A stretch of DNA of 64,000 nt from contig JARGPO010000080.1 in the NCBI GenBank assembly GCA_029213075.1, positions 34,658-98,657 on the forward strand, given 5' to 3'. The notes beneath the pieces were generated by a model. That model was not told the origin of the DNA, did no database searches, and was given only the letters and a program-made list of their open reading frames with translations. The number at the start of each line of letters is the position of its first letter. Within the stretch, counting starts at the first letter, position 1. Below, piece after piece: positions 20,451 through 29,978 of the stretch. The DNA comes from Legionellaceae bacterium (GTDB lineage: Bacteria; Pseudomonadota; Gammaproteobacteria; Legionellales; Legionellaceae). The translations under genes were made by a program, and so were the position numbers.

Positions 20451-21354
20451 GGCATCTATAATTGGCATGATACTTCTTGTTTCATGTACATCGACAAAAA
20501 ACCAACCTCAAACCACGGGAGATACAGCAACGTTAGCTGGTCTGCAGATGCTAGGTAACCAAACAAAACCTAACCTTCGTGACCCGCAAAATAGCGGAAA
20601 AATTCGTGTAACTGCTTTAAAAGAAATGGCGTTGACTGTTGGTGCTCAATCAGGACTAGCTTCGCGCGCAAAGTTAATAGATGATGAGCTTGTTAAACAA
20701 ACCAAAAACCTTGATGCAATTTATGATTTTAATGCCTTAATTCTAGAAAACAATGTTTTGCCACCTGTCCTCTTAGAAGGACGAAAAACATTTAATATGG
20801 CGGATACTCAAACTATTCGCATATCAGATCGTACCTATAAAGTAGCTAAACAAGCCCATTTTGTGACAACACCGCCGGGATGGCGTCAATATTTATGGAT
20901 GGATTACTCCAAACCTGAAATGCCTCACGTAAGCCTACTACCAAATACCAAAGAAGAACGGGAAATATGGTATGCATATGTAACCCAAGGTTGGCAAAAT
21001 GGTATTGATCAAGCAAATACTATTCTTGAAGAAAGTATCGCTCGCATAAAAGAAGATTTCACCGGCATGATTTTATACCGAAAATTACTAGCTATGAACA
21101 TGGTAAGCCCTCCATATGTCTCGCATACTGACCTTGGTGTAACTGGCGATGAAAAAGAAATTCACATAGATGATAAAGTCTTACGCATAACAGCTCTACC
21201 AGCATTAAATATGAATAGTAATCAATGGCGAGCCGCCCTTGAAAAAGATGAAGACAAAATTGAGCAATTTGAAGTAATGGAAAAATCGATTCAATCAGCA
21301 CAAATTAAAATTACCAATAAAAGCTGGCAACCGGTAATTGACCCAACGACCTAG
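20431..21354 (+). CDS. dotC: Dot/Icm T4BSS lipoprotein DotC
   Basis: Lipobox LLVSC, about 300 aa, positioned between dotD and dotB, with a 20-nt overlap onto dotD. Confidence 0.85.
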   Translation: MLILIRKASIIGMILLVSCTSTKNQPQTTGDTATLAGLQMLGNQTKPNLRDPQNSGKIRVTALKEMALTVGAQSGLASRAKLIDDELVKQTKNLDAIYDFNALILENNVLPPVLLEGRKTFNMADTQTIRISDRTYKVAKQAHFVTTPPGWRQYLWMDYSKPEMPHVSLLPNTKEEREIWYAYVTQGWQNGIDQANTILEESIARIKEDFTGMILYRKLLAMNMVSPPYVSHTDLGVTGDEKEIHIDDKVLRITALPALNMNSNQWRAALEKDEDKIEQFEVMEKSIQSAQIKITNKSWQPVIDPTT

Positions 21355-21365
21355 AGTAGATTGCT

Positions 21366-22490
21366 ATGAATGAACATATAATGAATGATGAACCAACCAG
21401 GTTCACACCAGTATTCATGGACAAGATGTTAGAGCATGCCCAACGCTTACACGCATCAGATATAACAATTCAAACTGGTTCGTGTATTTATGTTGAAGTA
21501 TACGGTAGCTTATATAAAATAACGGTTCGCCCTCTTTCTAACACTGAGCTTGGCGACTTAATTAACTCTATTTATGGGCCAAACGCAACGACCCAACTTC
21601 TTTCCGGTAAGGACATCGATACTCATTACGAATTTCGTCCAAACCGTGGTGTGCGATTTCGTTACCGGGTTAATGCAACAGCTTGTCTAGTTGATGGACA
21701 TGATTCGATTCAAATTACACTTAGAACCATTCCAAGTACACCTCCTAAACTAGAAACAATGAACTTGCCTGAAAATATTCTCAAAGCTATTGCACCGCAG
21801 GAAGGAATTGTTTTTATTACCGGTGCAACAGGTTCTGGTAAATCGACATTGCTTGCTTCTCTCATCAGAGATCTAATTGAAGATGCTGATTCTAACCGGA
21901 AGGTTTTAACATATGAGGCTCCAATAGAATTTGTTTTCGATGAAATTGAAACAAGCTCAGCAATTGTAAGCCAATCAGAAATACCTCGCCATCTGCCATC
22001 TTTTGCCGAAGGCGTACGTAACGCCCTCAGACGCAAACCAAGGCTAATTATGGTTGGGGAGTGTCGAGATGCAGCAACAATTAGTGCGGCTCTTGAGGCG
22101 GCTCTTACCGGGCATCCTGTTTATACAACCTTGCATACGTCAGGTGTTGCAGAAACAATGCGCCGTTTGGTTACCTCATATGCTGGGGATGAAAGACTCG
22201 GACGAACAATCGATATTCTCGAGACAATTCGCCTGTGTATTTGGCAAAAACTAGTCCCAACTGTTGAAGGTAAAAGAGTTGCTTTAAGAGAGTACCTTGT
22301 ATTTGATGAGGAGGCTCGAGATATTCTACTCGAAAGCGACCCTAATGAAGTAACAACTACCACAAGAAAGCTCGTTCGCCAACGCGGACAGCTCATGACT
22401 AAAGATGCCAAAGATAAGCTCGACCAAGGCATAATCAGCGAAAGAGTTTATAAGTTAATTATTGCCGGAACAAAAGAAGAATATAGATAA
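21366..22490 (+). CDS. dotB: Dot/Icm T4BSS ATPase DotB (PilT/VirB11-like)
   Basis: Walker A GATGSGKST and the PilT-like blocks GECRD and YTTLHTS, at about 374 aa. The alternative start MNDEP at 21381 is possible. Confidence 0.92.
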   Translation: MNEHIMNDEPTRFTPVFMDKMLEHAQRLHASDITIQTGSCIYVEVYGSLYKITVRPLSNTELGDLINSIYGPNATTQLLSGKDIDTHYEFRPNRGVRFRYRVNATACLVDGHDSIQITLRTIPSTPPKLETMNLPENILKAIAPQEGIVFITGATGSGKSTLLASLIRDLIEDADSNRKVLTYEAPIEFVFDEIETSSAIVSQSEIPRHLPSFAEGVRNALRRKPRLIMVGECRDAATISAALEAALTGHPVYTTLHTSGVAETMRRLVTSYAGDERLGRTIDILETIRLCIWQKLVPTVEGKRVALREYLVFDEEARDILLESDPNEVTTTTRKLVRQRGQLMTKDAKDKLDQGIISERVYKLIIAGTKEEYR

Positions 22491-22531
22491 ACTAAGCGGC
22501 CTTCCTCAAGAAATTTCAATATACCTAAGAT

Positions 22532-22566
22532 CCTTATCTGCCCTATGTATAAAAGAGCAGATAAGG
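22532..22566. terminator. hairpin terminator in the convergent dotB/dotA gap
   Basis: CCTTATCTGC-15 nt-GCAGATAAGG forms a perfect 10-bp stem. On the + strand it is followed by TTCTGTTTTCGTTTC. Confidence 0.6.
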
Positions 22567-22593
22567 TTCTGTTTTCGTTTCTTTAGAATACTA

Positions 22594-25497
22594 CTAGCTA
22601 ACTCCAGCAGAGCCACCAGAAGTACCCTTGTTAACACCAATAGCGATAGACTCTGCCTGACCCATAACTGTTCCACCAGTTTTCATACTTGACTTACCTG
22701 TAGCCTCACCAGCATCCTTCACATTACCTTTTGAATCCTCAGTCCACTGTTGGGCATCTTGACCCCAAGACTCGCCTTGAGAACCAATCCAACGTAATAC
22801 TTTATCTGGAAGAGTATGAATTAAAGTAAATGATTTTTGTACCACCGTCAGATAAATACTTGTATATGTTACAAGACAAAAGAACGATGCATAAATCGCA
22901 GACCAGTTATTATATGGTGAGCTTAATCCATCACCTGTGCCACCATACGCACTACCCATTGAGTTAGTTCCTCCGGATTCATCTCCGTAATTCCCAACTC
23001 CAAAAGCACCGCCATCTGGAATTAAAAACTTCATTATATGCACAAATCCACTATTAAGAATAAAAATAGTCACATAACTAAGAGAAATGGATGCTATATA
23101 ACCAATAATCATCATAGCTGGTCGTAGAAACAGATTCACTAAAATCATTATTGATTGCTCGGCCTTACCCAAAGCATCATGCCCCTCTGGGTGAGTAACA
23201 CCAAGAGCTACAATTGGTCCTGCAACCATTGCCTCAATAACAGCCATCAGCCATGCAATAGAACCAAAGGTAAAGATCATATACGGAATAAATGGCACGT
23301 AGTAGGCATCAATCCAACCAACACTTACCATAACTCCAAGCCACGAAGCCAAAAATGGCAAGACCATAAATACCGCAATAAGAACTATCGCTCCCAAAAA
23401 TGAGAATATAACTGTGAAAGTAATAAGATTTAGCCAAATATCAACGGATGCATTAATAAATGCTGAGCCCATGTACGCTAGCGCTATAATAGGATGCACC
23501 ATCGTAGATTCTAGAAGCTGAACCCCATTATCAAATATCACCATTAATGCTGTTAATGGTACATACAAAAATCCCTGTAACATTAAGTTAAACGTACTGG
23601 TTATAAAGCTCATGAAAATATTAATTATAAATCTAAATATATCATTATATAAAAGACTTGCGATACCACTCGTCATACACATAAAGCCTTTACAACCAAA
23701 ACTCTTCTTAGGAAAAGATAATAAAGTTTGCCCCGGCTTCATATTAAAATTCATTTTAAAATGCGGCATATCCAGTCCAGGTTGACCGGGCAGGCGAACT
23801 AATGAACCATTTGTTATAAAAGCAAAAGTAGAAGAAGACTGGGTGTTAGTTACCGCCTTGGCATCCGAATTAACCGTTGGAGTAATTGCTTCTAAAGAAC
23901 TATCATAGTTTCCATCCATAAGCCTTGCTAGATTAGTAACGTTGCTTGTATCATGGTTTAAAAATGTATTAAATGTCGAGCCTGCTGCACTTGCTGCATT
24001 TGTTAAATCCTCAACATTAAACGCATTATCTCCTAATCCAGAACCTTTATCTACTTGATTATTCCCGCTAGTCACTTTCCCATTTAAATAAGCTAAATCA
24101 AAGAAGTAAGCTCCTGCCATGATCCAGCCTTCCTCTTCAGATCCCTTAATAAAGTTTCGCAAATCATTAGCAGATGAAGCATCAGACAAATCAGATGTTA
24201 AATTAAGTGCTGGCAGCATCACACCATTATAATCAGATATGGCGTTTTGAATCTCAAATCCGGTAAAAAGCATTGCCTGAGCAGATGACTTATCATCTGG
24301 CCCCCAGTTAGTACAAGAAGAACTTGGTCCATCACACGGGGTTCCAGTATCTTTCATAGGTACGCCAAACTGATCAGTTGCATAATCGTTATATGTTTCT
24401 TCTGTATCAGAATTACTCGTAGAACCGTATGCTGTTTCGGTCGTAGAAGGCTTGAAATATGGGCAGTTATCTACCATTGACATGGCAGCGGGTGTTAGAT
24501 CATCAAACATTTGCTGCAAAGCAACCGCTCTTGTTTGTTTGGTTGTATCGGCGTCACTGCAAGATAGCGTACTACTTTGAGTAAGATCAGGGCTATAATC
24601 AGCCCAAGAAAGAGTGCCACAAATCCCATTTAAATCCGAATATGGTGCATCTTTAAAATTAGGCATTGGAACTTTGATTGCATCAGATGAGGCATCTGTT
24701 TGGGTAATTTCATTTCCGCTAGGACAAGATGGGGTAGAAACTTTAGATTGTTCATCAACAATATCGACTGTACTAATAAAGTCTGGCACAGAATCCGTAC
24801 AAAACTTTTTCATTGGATCATTTGAAGAGTAAGATGCAATTGCACTCTTCGAGCAAACACCAGAATCACTCTTGGCATTCTTTAATAAATTCTCTCGACT
24901 GTCCTCTAAGATTCTTTGTACACCATACATACAGACCTGGCCACTTAAAGCCATACCAGCACCTGTCGCAATATCTACAATCGCTGAGTTAGACGAAGTA
25001 GTTGAATTATTGCTCATTTGGGCCTTCATAATAGACCCACCGCGATTCAGATAATCAAGGGCCGAGTTCCAAATTTTATCAGCAGCACCAACTCCTTGCA
25101 CAACAACCCACATAATGAATATTTGCATTAAGCAATAGCCACTGGACTTAGGAATAAGAAGAGCAAGACCAATTGTTGACCGCACAGGAATCCATATTGA
25201 TGACCATTTTTGACCAAGCATTTGCCCTTCATGGGCCGTATTCATCGTGCCGACTACGAGAGTATACATGACAACAATCCCGCCAAGAGCAAGGACTGCT
25301 GAATTAAATACTCCAAACATATTTCCCATTATTTGACTTCCAGTACCATGCAGTACACCGTCAACAATACCGAAAATATTTCCTAGGAAAATCATAGAAT
25401 AATCTGTCGGTGGAGGAGTAAAGCTCATAGAGCTCGTATCAGCGAATGCCAAAAAAGGCGTAAATAGCATACAGAATGAAATCCAATATTTTTTCAT
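22594..25497 (-). CDS. dotA: Dot/Icm T4BSS polytopic inner-membrane protein DotA
   Basis: 967 aa. Signal-like N-terminus, large S/T/D-rich periplasmic domain and multiple C-terminal TM helices. ATGA-coupled downstream of icmV, as in Legionella. Confidence 0.88.
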   Translation of the reverse strand: MKKYWISFCMLFTPFLAFADTSSMSFTPPPTDYSMIFLGNIFGIVDGVLHGTGSQIMGNMFGVFNSAVLALGGIVVMYTLVVGTMNTAHEGQMLGQKWSSIWIPVRSTIGLALLIPKSSGYCLMQIFIMWVVVQGVGAADKIWNSALDYLNRGGSIMKAQMSNNSTTSSNSAIVDIATGAGMALSGQVCMYGVQRILEDSRENLLKNAKSDSGVCSKSAIASYSSNDPMKKFCTDSVPDFISTVDIVDEQSKVSTPSCPSGNEITQTDASSDAIKVPMPNFKDAPYSDLNGICGTLSWADYSPDLTQSSTLSCSDADTTKQTRAVALQQMFDDLTPAAMSMVDNCPYFKPSTTETAYGSTSNSDTEETYNDYATDQFGVPMKDTGTPCDGPSSSCTNWGPDDKSSAQAMLFTGFEIQNAISDYNGVMLPALNLTSDLSDASSANDLRNFIKGSEEEGWIMAGAYFFDLAYLNGKVTSGNNQVDKGSGLGDNAFNVEDLTNAASAAGSTFNTFLNHDTSNVTNLARLMDGNYDSSLEAITPTVNSDAKAVTNTQSSSTFAFITNGSLVRLPGQPGLDMPHFKMNFNMKPGQTLLSFPKKSFGCKGFMCMTSGIASLLYNDIFRFIINIFMSFITSTFNLMLQGFLYVPLTALMVIFDNGVQLLESTMVHPIIALAYMGSAFINASVDIWLNLITFTVIFSFLGAIVLIAVFMVLPFLASWLGVMVSVGWIDAYYVPFIPYMIFTFGSIAWLMAVIEAMVAGPIVALGVTHPEGHDALGKAEQSIMILVNLFLRPAMMIIGYIASISLSYVTIFILNSGFVHIMKFLIPDGGAFGVGNYGDESGGTNSMGSAYGGTGDGLSSPYNNWSAIYASFFCLVTYTSIYLTVVQKSFTLIHTLPDKVLRWIGSQGESWGQDAQQWTEDSKGNVKDAGEATGKSSMKTGGTVMGQAESIAIGVNKGTSGGSAGVS

Positions 25498-25964
25498 CGA
25501 TCACCACTCATGAAACTCTCCGTAAACCATTCTTTAAGAGTACAACCTAATTTTTTATTACTTATCTGAAAATACCAAAAATGATACCTAAAAGCTAATG
25601 TTAAACAAACAAAAGTCAAAACCACCGATAATATAACGCCTAAAAAACTCCCGTATAATACTTGATACATTGAGTATACATAAAAGATAAATGATGTTAC
25701 CAACATTATCACACACAGTTTCTTGAGACTTTTTTGTTTTATTATCAGATCTTCTTCTGTTAACTTCATCTCTTCTACAACTGTAGCAAAAGATTTGATA
25801 TTTTCCTTATTTATTTTTTGAGGAACAAAAATCTTCTTTACCATATTGATAAAATAAAAGGCAATGGATCTAGATCTGTCCCAGTCTGACCAAGCTTTGT
25901 AATCAAAAAACCGCTGAAATAATGCTTTAGCTCTGGATGGAGATTTGGGAGTTTCTGGTTCCAT
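25494..25964 (-). CDS. icmV: Dot/Icm T4BSS membrane protein IcmV
   Basis: About 150 aa with two central TM helices. It is upstream of and overlaps dotA, and is divergent from icmW. Confidence 0.8.
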   Translation of the reverse strand: MEPETPKSPSRAKALFQRFFDYKAWSDWDRSRSIAFYFINMVKKIFVPQKINKENIKSFATVVEEMKLTEEDLIIKQKSLKKLCVIMLVTSFIFYVYSMYQVLYGSFLGVILSVVLTFVCLTLAFRYHFWYFQISNKKLGCTLKEWFTESFMSGDR

Positions 25965-26001
25965 AACAATTCATCCTTAATTTAGTAGACTTTTCCTTAT
26001 C

Positions 26002-26019
26002 ATAATATATTATAATATT
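26002..26019 (+). promoter_or_regulatory. tandem direct repeat ATAATATA-TT-ATAATATT (PmrA-box-like) in the icmV/icmW divergent promoter region
   Basis: Period-10 direct repeat. It differs from the Legionella/Coxiella PmrA element TTAATATT-N2-TTAATATT (from memory) at 2+1 positions, including the first T of each TTAA. It lies about 28 nt before the icmW ATG. Confidence 0.3.
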
Positions 26020-26046
26020 TAGTAAATTGAAATGAGGATCCAAAAT

Positions 26047-26502
26047 ATGCCGGATTTAAGTCATAAGGCATCCTTAGAATACTGGTTTGAATATTCCGAT
26101 CCGATGATTTATCGAGTTATTGCTTTCATGGAAAGTGTCGAGGGTTGGACGCTTGACGGTGATAAAGATTTAGAGTCTTCTCTAACAGAGCTTGGTAATC
26201 AACTAGATAATATCGATACAATTGATATGAATAAGCTTGGGCATGAAGAATTATTTATAAGGTTAGCTGGAAATATTAAATCTGGTCGAGGGTTGCGACT
26301 CCTCCAAGCTATAGATATGGCTCATCCAGGTAGTGCATCAAAAGTATTAGTACACGCGGAAGAAACGACCCTGTCAACCGATGACCCGGCCGGTTTTTTT
26401 CTTAAAAGAAACATCGTATTTGAGAGGTTGCGATTACTGTCTCGTGCTTTTTCTGAATCAAGACTTAAACTCATTGAGCGCGCAATTGAGGGGGAAGAAT
26501 GA
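26047..26502 (+). CDS. icmW: Dot/Icm type IV coupling-complex adaptor IcmW
   Basis: MPDLSHKASLEYWFEYSDPMIYRVIAFMESVEGWTLDG...HPGSASKVLVHAEET...DPAGFFLKRNIVFERLRLLSR closely matches my recollection of L. pneumophila IcmW. Start at MPDLSH (GAGGA 7 nt upstream). Confidence 0.93.
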   Translation: MPDLSHKASLEYWFEYSDPMIYRVIAFMESVEGWTLDGDKDLESSLTELGNQLDNIDTIDMNKLGHEELFIRLAGNIKSGRGLRLLQAIDMAHPGSASKVLVHAEETTLSTDDPAGFFLKRNIVFERLRLLSRAFSESRLKLIERAIEGEE

Positions 26503-27776
26503 TTAATCTACGCAAAAATGGATTAATACTGCTAGTAACTATGAGTTTATCAGCATTTGCTGATGACATTACTCCAAACCCATACGGAGAAACTCCAGAC
26601 GACGGCTCAACTTCGAAATATCTAAAAAATCTAGGAACATATTTAGGTTACGACTTAGAAAATGAGGCAACTCCTGTTGAAGCAATGCTTGATTATACTT
26701 TAAGCGTTATTTCAACTGGTCAACAAATTTTAAACTCATTTTTTCAAGCCATTCCAATAAATGTTGCTTATAAAGAATTCGCATCTGGTACTGCATATGA
26801 AAGTTTTAACAGTCAAGCCAACCTTCTTTTTGAAAGCTATGCAACTGCAGATTCTGGAGGGGTATCGGTATCATCAATCCTAGATCAACAAACATATCAA
26901 GGTGACCCAGTATCTCAGTCCATACTAAATCTAATTGGCACACCTGATTGGAGCTCATGCCCTCTAGACTCCGATGGCAACACCTCTTCTGACTGCCTAT
27001 CTTCTGATAAGGTAATGACGAGTGTTCTACTAGATATAAGCAATGAAGACGGTTATCTACCCGGTGAAACTAGCTACTTCTCATATAAAAACAACTCAAA
27101 GTTTGCCAGTCAATTAAGTGCTAACAACCTAATCGCTCCCCTTGCCTTTGCAGAACCCAAAGAAGGAGAAGGATCAGGCACGACCGGCCTACCTGGCGCA
27201 AACCAACAACAATTAGCCCAACAATTTATTCGTTATGTAACTGAAGAAGTAATGCCATTACCAACCATGAATTCTAGCAATTACGGCACCCTATTCTCTT
27301 TGGCATACCCAGCAGATCCAAGCAGTCAACCTACAAACACAATGAATGCTAAAGTAGGTCTTGCTTCATATTTGTTAAGTTTAAGAGTCTATGCCGCTAA
27401 ATCTTCTGTTGCTATCGCAAACTTATATTCAATTTTAGCAAAAAGACTTCCTCAAGAATCAGGAAGTGGGAGTAGCAGTGATTCTTCATCAACAAGCCAA
27501 GCTTTAAACGAATTTAAAATGGCTACCTGGCGTCAATATAACCCTTCTTCGCAAAGCAATGAACAGTGGGCCGATAAAATTAACACATCATCACCTGCGA
27601 CAATTCAAAAAGAAATGGCAATCTTGTTATCTGAAATTTCATACCAGCTCTATCTAAATCGTCAAGTACAAGAAAGAATGTTGCTTACTCAATCAGTGAT
27701 GCTTATGCAGCTGTTAAGTACAAATAAACCTAACGTTGAAATACCAGGTAACATAGAGCTACCTGATAGCACCTAG
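26499..27776 (+). CDS. icmX: Dot/Icm T4BSS periplasmic protein IcmX
   Basis: Signal peptide, about 425 aa, ATGA-coupled to icmW in the canonical position. Confidence 0.82.
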   Translation: MINLRKNGLILLVTMSLSAFADDITPNPYGETPDDGSTSKYLKNLGTYLGYDLENEATPVEAMLDYTLSVISTGQQILNSFFQAIPINVAYKEFASGTAYESFNSQANLLFESYATADSGGVSVSSILDQQTYQGDPVSQSILNLIGTPDWSSCPLDSDGNTSSDCLSSDKVMTSVLLDISNEDGYLPGETSYFSYKNNSKFASQLSANNLIAPLAFAEPKEGEGSGTTGLPGANQQQLAQQFIRYVTEEVMPLPTMNSSNYGTLFSLAYPADPSSQPTNTMNAKVGLASYLLSLRVYAAKSSVAIANLYSILAKRLPQESGSGSSSDSSSTSQALNEFKMATWRQYNPSSQSNEQWADKINTSSPATIQKEMAILLSEISYQLYLNRQVQERMLLTQSVMLMQLLSTNKPNVEIPGNIELPDST

Positions 27777-27783
27777 AAAGCGA

Positions 27784-28830
27784 CTAACTAAGAGCTATAT
27801 TTAGCTTTTCAATCACCATCGGAGGCTTTATTAATTGCATAGTCTCCGGCCCATGGGCATGCGTGCCCCAATCATTCTTTTGCAAAGTAGTATTTAATAT
27901 CACTGAAACCGCCTCATCATACCTGTCAACGCTTAAATGTCTAAAAGTATATGGACCGGATACATTCGCACTGGTTACTGCATGCAACGCTATTACTTTA
28001 GTATCAACTGCCGCAGCCATATGAGATGGCCCTGTATCAGGGCATATCAATAAATCACCTAAGCTGATTACAGCTAAAAGCTCTGTAAGTCTTGTTCTAC
28101 CAATTAAATTTTTAACTGTAACTCTTTTTGAGATAGCATCACCTAATTCACGGTCATGTTTATTTGGTCCACCAATTAAAACAACCTCCGCATTAAATTT
28201 TTTCTGGGCATAGCTAATAATCTCCACATAACCATCGACCGTCCAACTTCTCTCAGGTTTACTTGCAGCTGGATTAACTAACAACAATGGGCCTGATGGA
28301 GTTTTAGGGAGGTTTTCCACAGCAAAATGATAGTCTGTTTCACTTAATTGCAAATCCCAGCTAATTTCCATCTCATCAATACCAAGCGCTTTCGCAAAAC
28401 GTAAGAAACCATCTAGGGTATGATCTTTCCCAGTAGAAATCTTTTCATTGATAAACCATTTATGACAATCTTTAGCTCGCAGCTTATCATAACCAATTTT
28501 TCTTTTAGCTTTAATAAAAGCGTATAATAGATTAGCTCGAAAACTAGATTGAACAGCAAGCAATACATCAAAATGACGACCTGCCATTTGCCGCCTAAAT
28601 TGCCAGTAATCACAAAGGTTATTTGGTTTATCTATAACGATAAACTCAACATTATCTATACTTGCTACTAAATCATAAGCTGGTTTGGAGATAACCCAAG
28701 TGAGCTTCGCTTTAGGAAGATGTTTTTGCAACGTCCTAATCAAGGGTACTAGCATTAAAACATCACCCAAGGCTGATAATCGTACAATGCAAATTGAGTT
28801 AATTGAATCCTTAGTCATCTTGCAAAACAA
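27784..28830 (-). CDS. glycosyltransferase family 9 (LPS heptosyltransferase-like)
   Basis: IVRLSALGDVLM N-terminal motif and the C-terminal PDTGPSHMAAA motif typical of GT9 enzymes. Confidence 0.8.
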   Translation of the reverse strand: MFCKMTKDSINSICIVRLSALGDVLMLVPLIRTLQKHLPKAKLTWVISKPAYDLVASIDNVEFIVIDKPNNLCDYWQFRRQMAGRHFDVLLAVQSSFRANLLYAFIKAKRKIGYDKLRAKDCHKWFINEKISTGKDHTLDGFLRFAKALGIDEMEISWDLQLSETDYHFAVENLPKTPSGPLLLVNPAASKPERSWTVDGYVEIISYAQKKFNAEVVLIGGPNKHDRELGDAISKRVTVKNLIGRTRLTELLAVISLGDLLICPDTGPSHMAAAVDTKVIALHAVTSANVSGPYTFRHLSVDRYDEAVSVILNTTLQKNDWGTHAHGPETMQLIKPPMVIEKLNIALS

Positions 28831-29005
28831 AACGAGTGGAACAATAAGGACAAACCTCGACTCCAGTTTTTTCTATAGGTAAGTAGACCTTAGGATGGGC
28901 ATTCCATAATTCCATTTTATCTGTTGGGCAACTTAAAGGTAAGTCTGATTTTTTTATCATATATTCTTTATGCAATTTAGCTTTTTTATTAATTTTCTTA
29001 GACAT
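28811..29005 (-). CDS. zinc-finger (zf-CHCC-type) small protein
   Basis: 64 aa with LSCPTD...EVCPYCSTRF, a four-ligand zinc-ribbon pattern. Overlaps the start of the GT9 gene. Confidence 0.6.
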   Translation of the reverse strand: MSKKINKKAKLHKEYMIKKSDLPLSCPTDKMELWNAHPKVYLPIEKTGVEVCPYCSTRFVLQDD

Positions 29006-29036
29006 GTAAGTCCCTCATCAAAAATTAGCGGTTCTA

Positions 29037-29978
29037 TCAAACATCTTCGGAATTATCCAATATTTTTCCAATTAACTCCATGATTTTAGGTAAATTACTT
29101 GGTCCATCAGCAAAAAACTCATGAACGTTTGGCCATTTTCGAAGCCAAGTCAACTGTCTTTTTGCTAACTGTCTTGTTGCGGCGCAACCTTGATCGATCA
29201 TAGAAGTATACTCAATTTCTCCACGTAAATATGAGAAAACCTGTCGGTAACCAACACATCTCATAGATGGTGATTCAGGAAACAACGACCATTTGCGAAC
29301 TAAATTCTCAACCTCAGCTATTAATCCCTCATCCAACATCAATTTAAAACGCTCATTAATCCTTGCGTGCAACCACGAGCGCTCACTTGGAATCAAGGTT
29401 ATATTAACAAATTGCATATTAATATGAGAGTGATTTTGGCAAAGCAAACTTGATAAAGGTTGATTTGTTATCTGATAGACTTCCAAAGCTCGTTGAATAC
29501 GCTGTGTATCATTAGGGTTAATCCTTGAAGCGCTTTTTGGATCAACTTCATTTAACATTTGATGAACATATTGCCAGCCGTATTGTTTAGCATCTGCCAA
29601 TATCTGTTGACGGTGTATCGCCGATGCCTCAGGCAAGGGTGATAAACCATTTTGCAAGGCATTAAAGTACATCATAGTACCACCAACTAAAAGCGGTATG
29701 TTTCCTCTATTTATAATTTCATCACATAAACTCTCAACATCTTGCAAGCATCTCGCAACGGAATATGCATCAGGAGGATTAATAATATCAATTAAATGAT
29801 GTGGTGCATTAGTCAGTATACTCGCGTCTGGTTTAGCGGTTCCTATATTCATTTCTCGATAGATCATAGCGGAATCGATACTGATTATTTCGAATGGGAA
29901 ATGCTGAACTAATTCACAAGCAAGCCCAGTTTTTCCTGAGGCTGTTGGTCCTATTAAACAAAAAGCAAACTTAGACAT
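29037..29978 (-). CDS. miaA: tRNA dimethylallyltransferase
   Basis: P-loop GPTASGKT and a DSAMIYREMNIGTAKP block. Position after mutL as in E. coli. Confidence 0.93.
   Translation of the reverse strand: MSKFAFCLIGPTASGKTGLACELVQHFPFEIISIDSAMIYREMNIGTAKPDASILTNAPHHLIDIINPPDAYSVARCLQDVESLCDEIINRGNIPLLVGGTMMYFNALQNGLSPLPEASAIHRQQILADAKQYGWQYVHQMLNEVDPKSASRINPNDTQRIQRALEVYQITNQPLSSLLCQNHSHINMQFVNITLIPSERSWLHARINERFKLMLDEGLIAEVENLVRKWSLFPESPSMRCVGYRQVFSYLRGEIEYTSMIDQGCAATRQLAKRQLTWLRKWPNVHEFFADGPSNLPKIMELIGKILDNSEDV

Noticed and set aside
25965-26046. CpxR-type (GTAAA-N5-GTAAA) site in the icmV/icmW intergenic region
   Set aside because: Only a single GTAAA (26022-26026) is present, with no properly spaced second half-site.
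19965-27776. Dot/Icm cluster as a recently acquired genomic island
   Set aside because: There is no integrase, transposase, flanking tRNA or direct repeats. Composition looks like the rest of the window and the flanks are core genes (rsmD, GT9-miaA-mutL).
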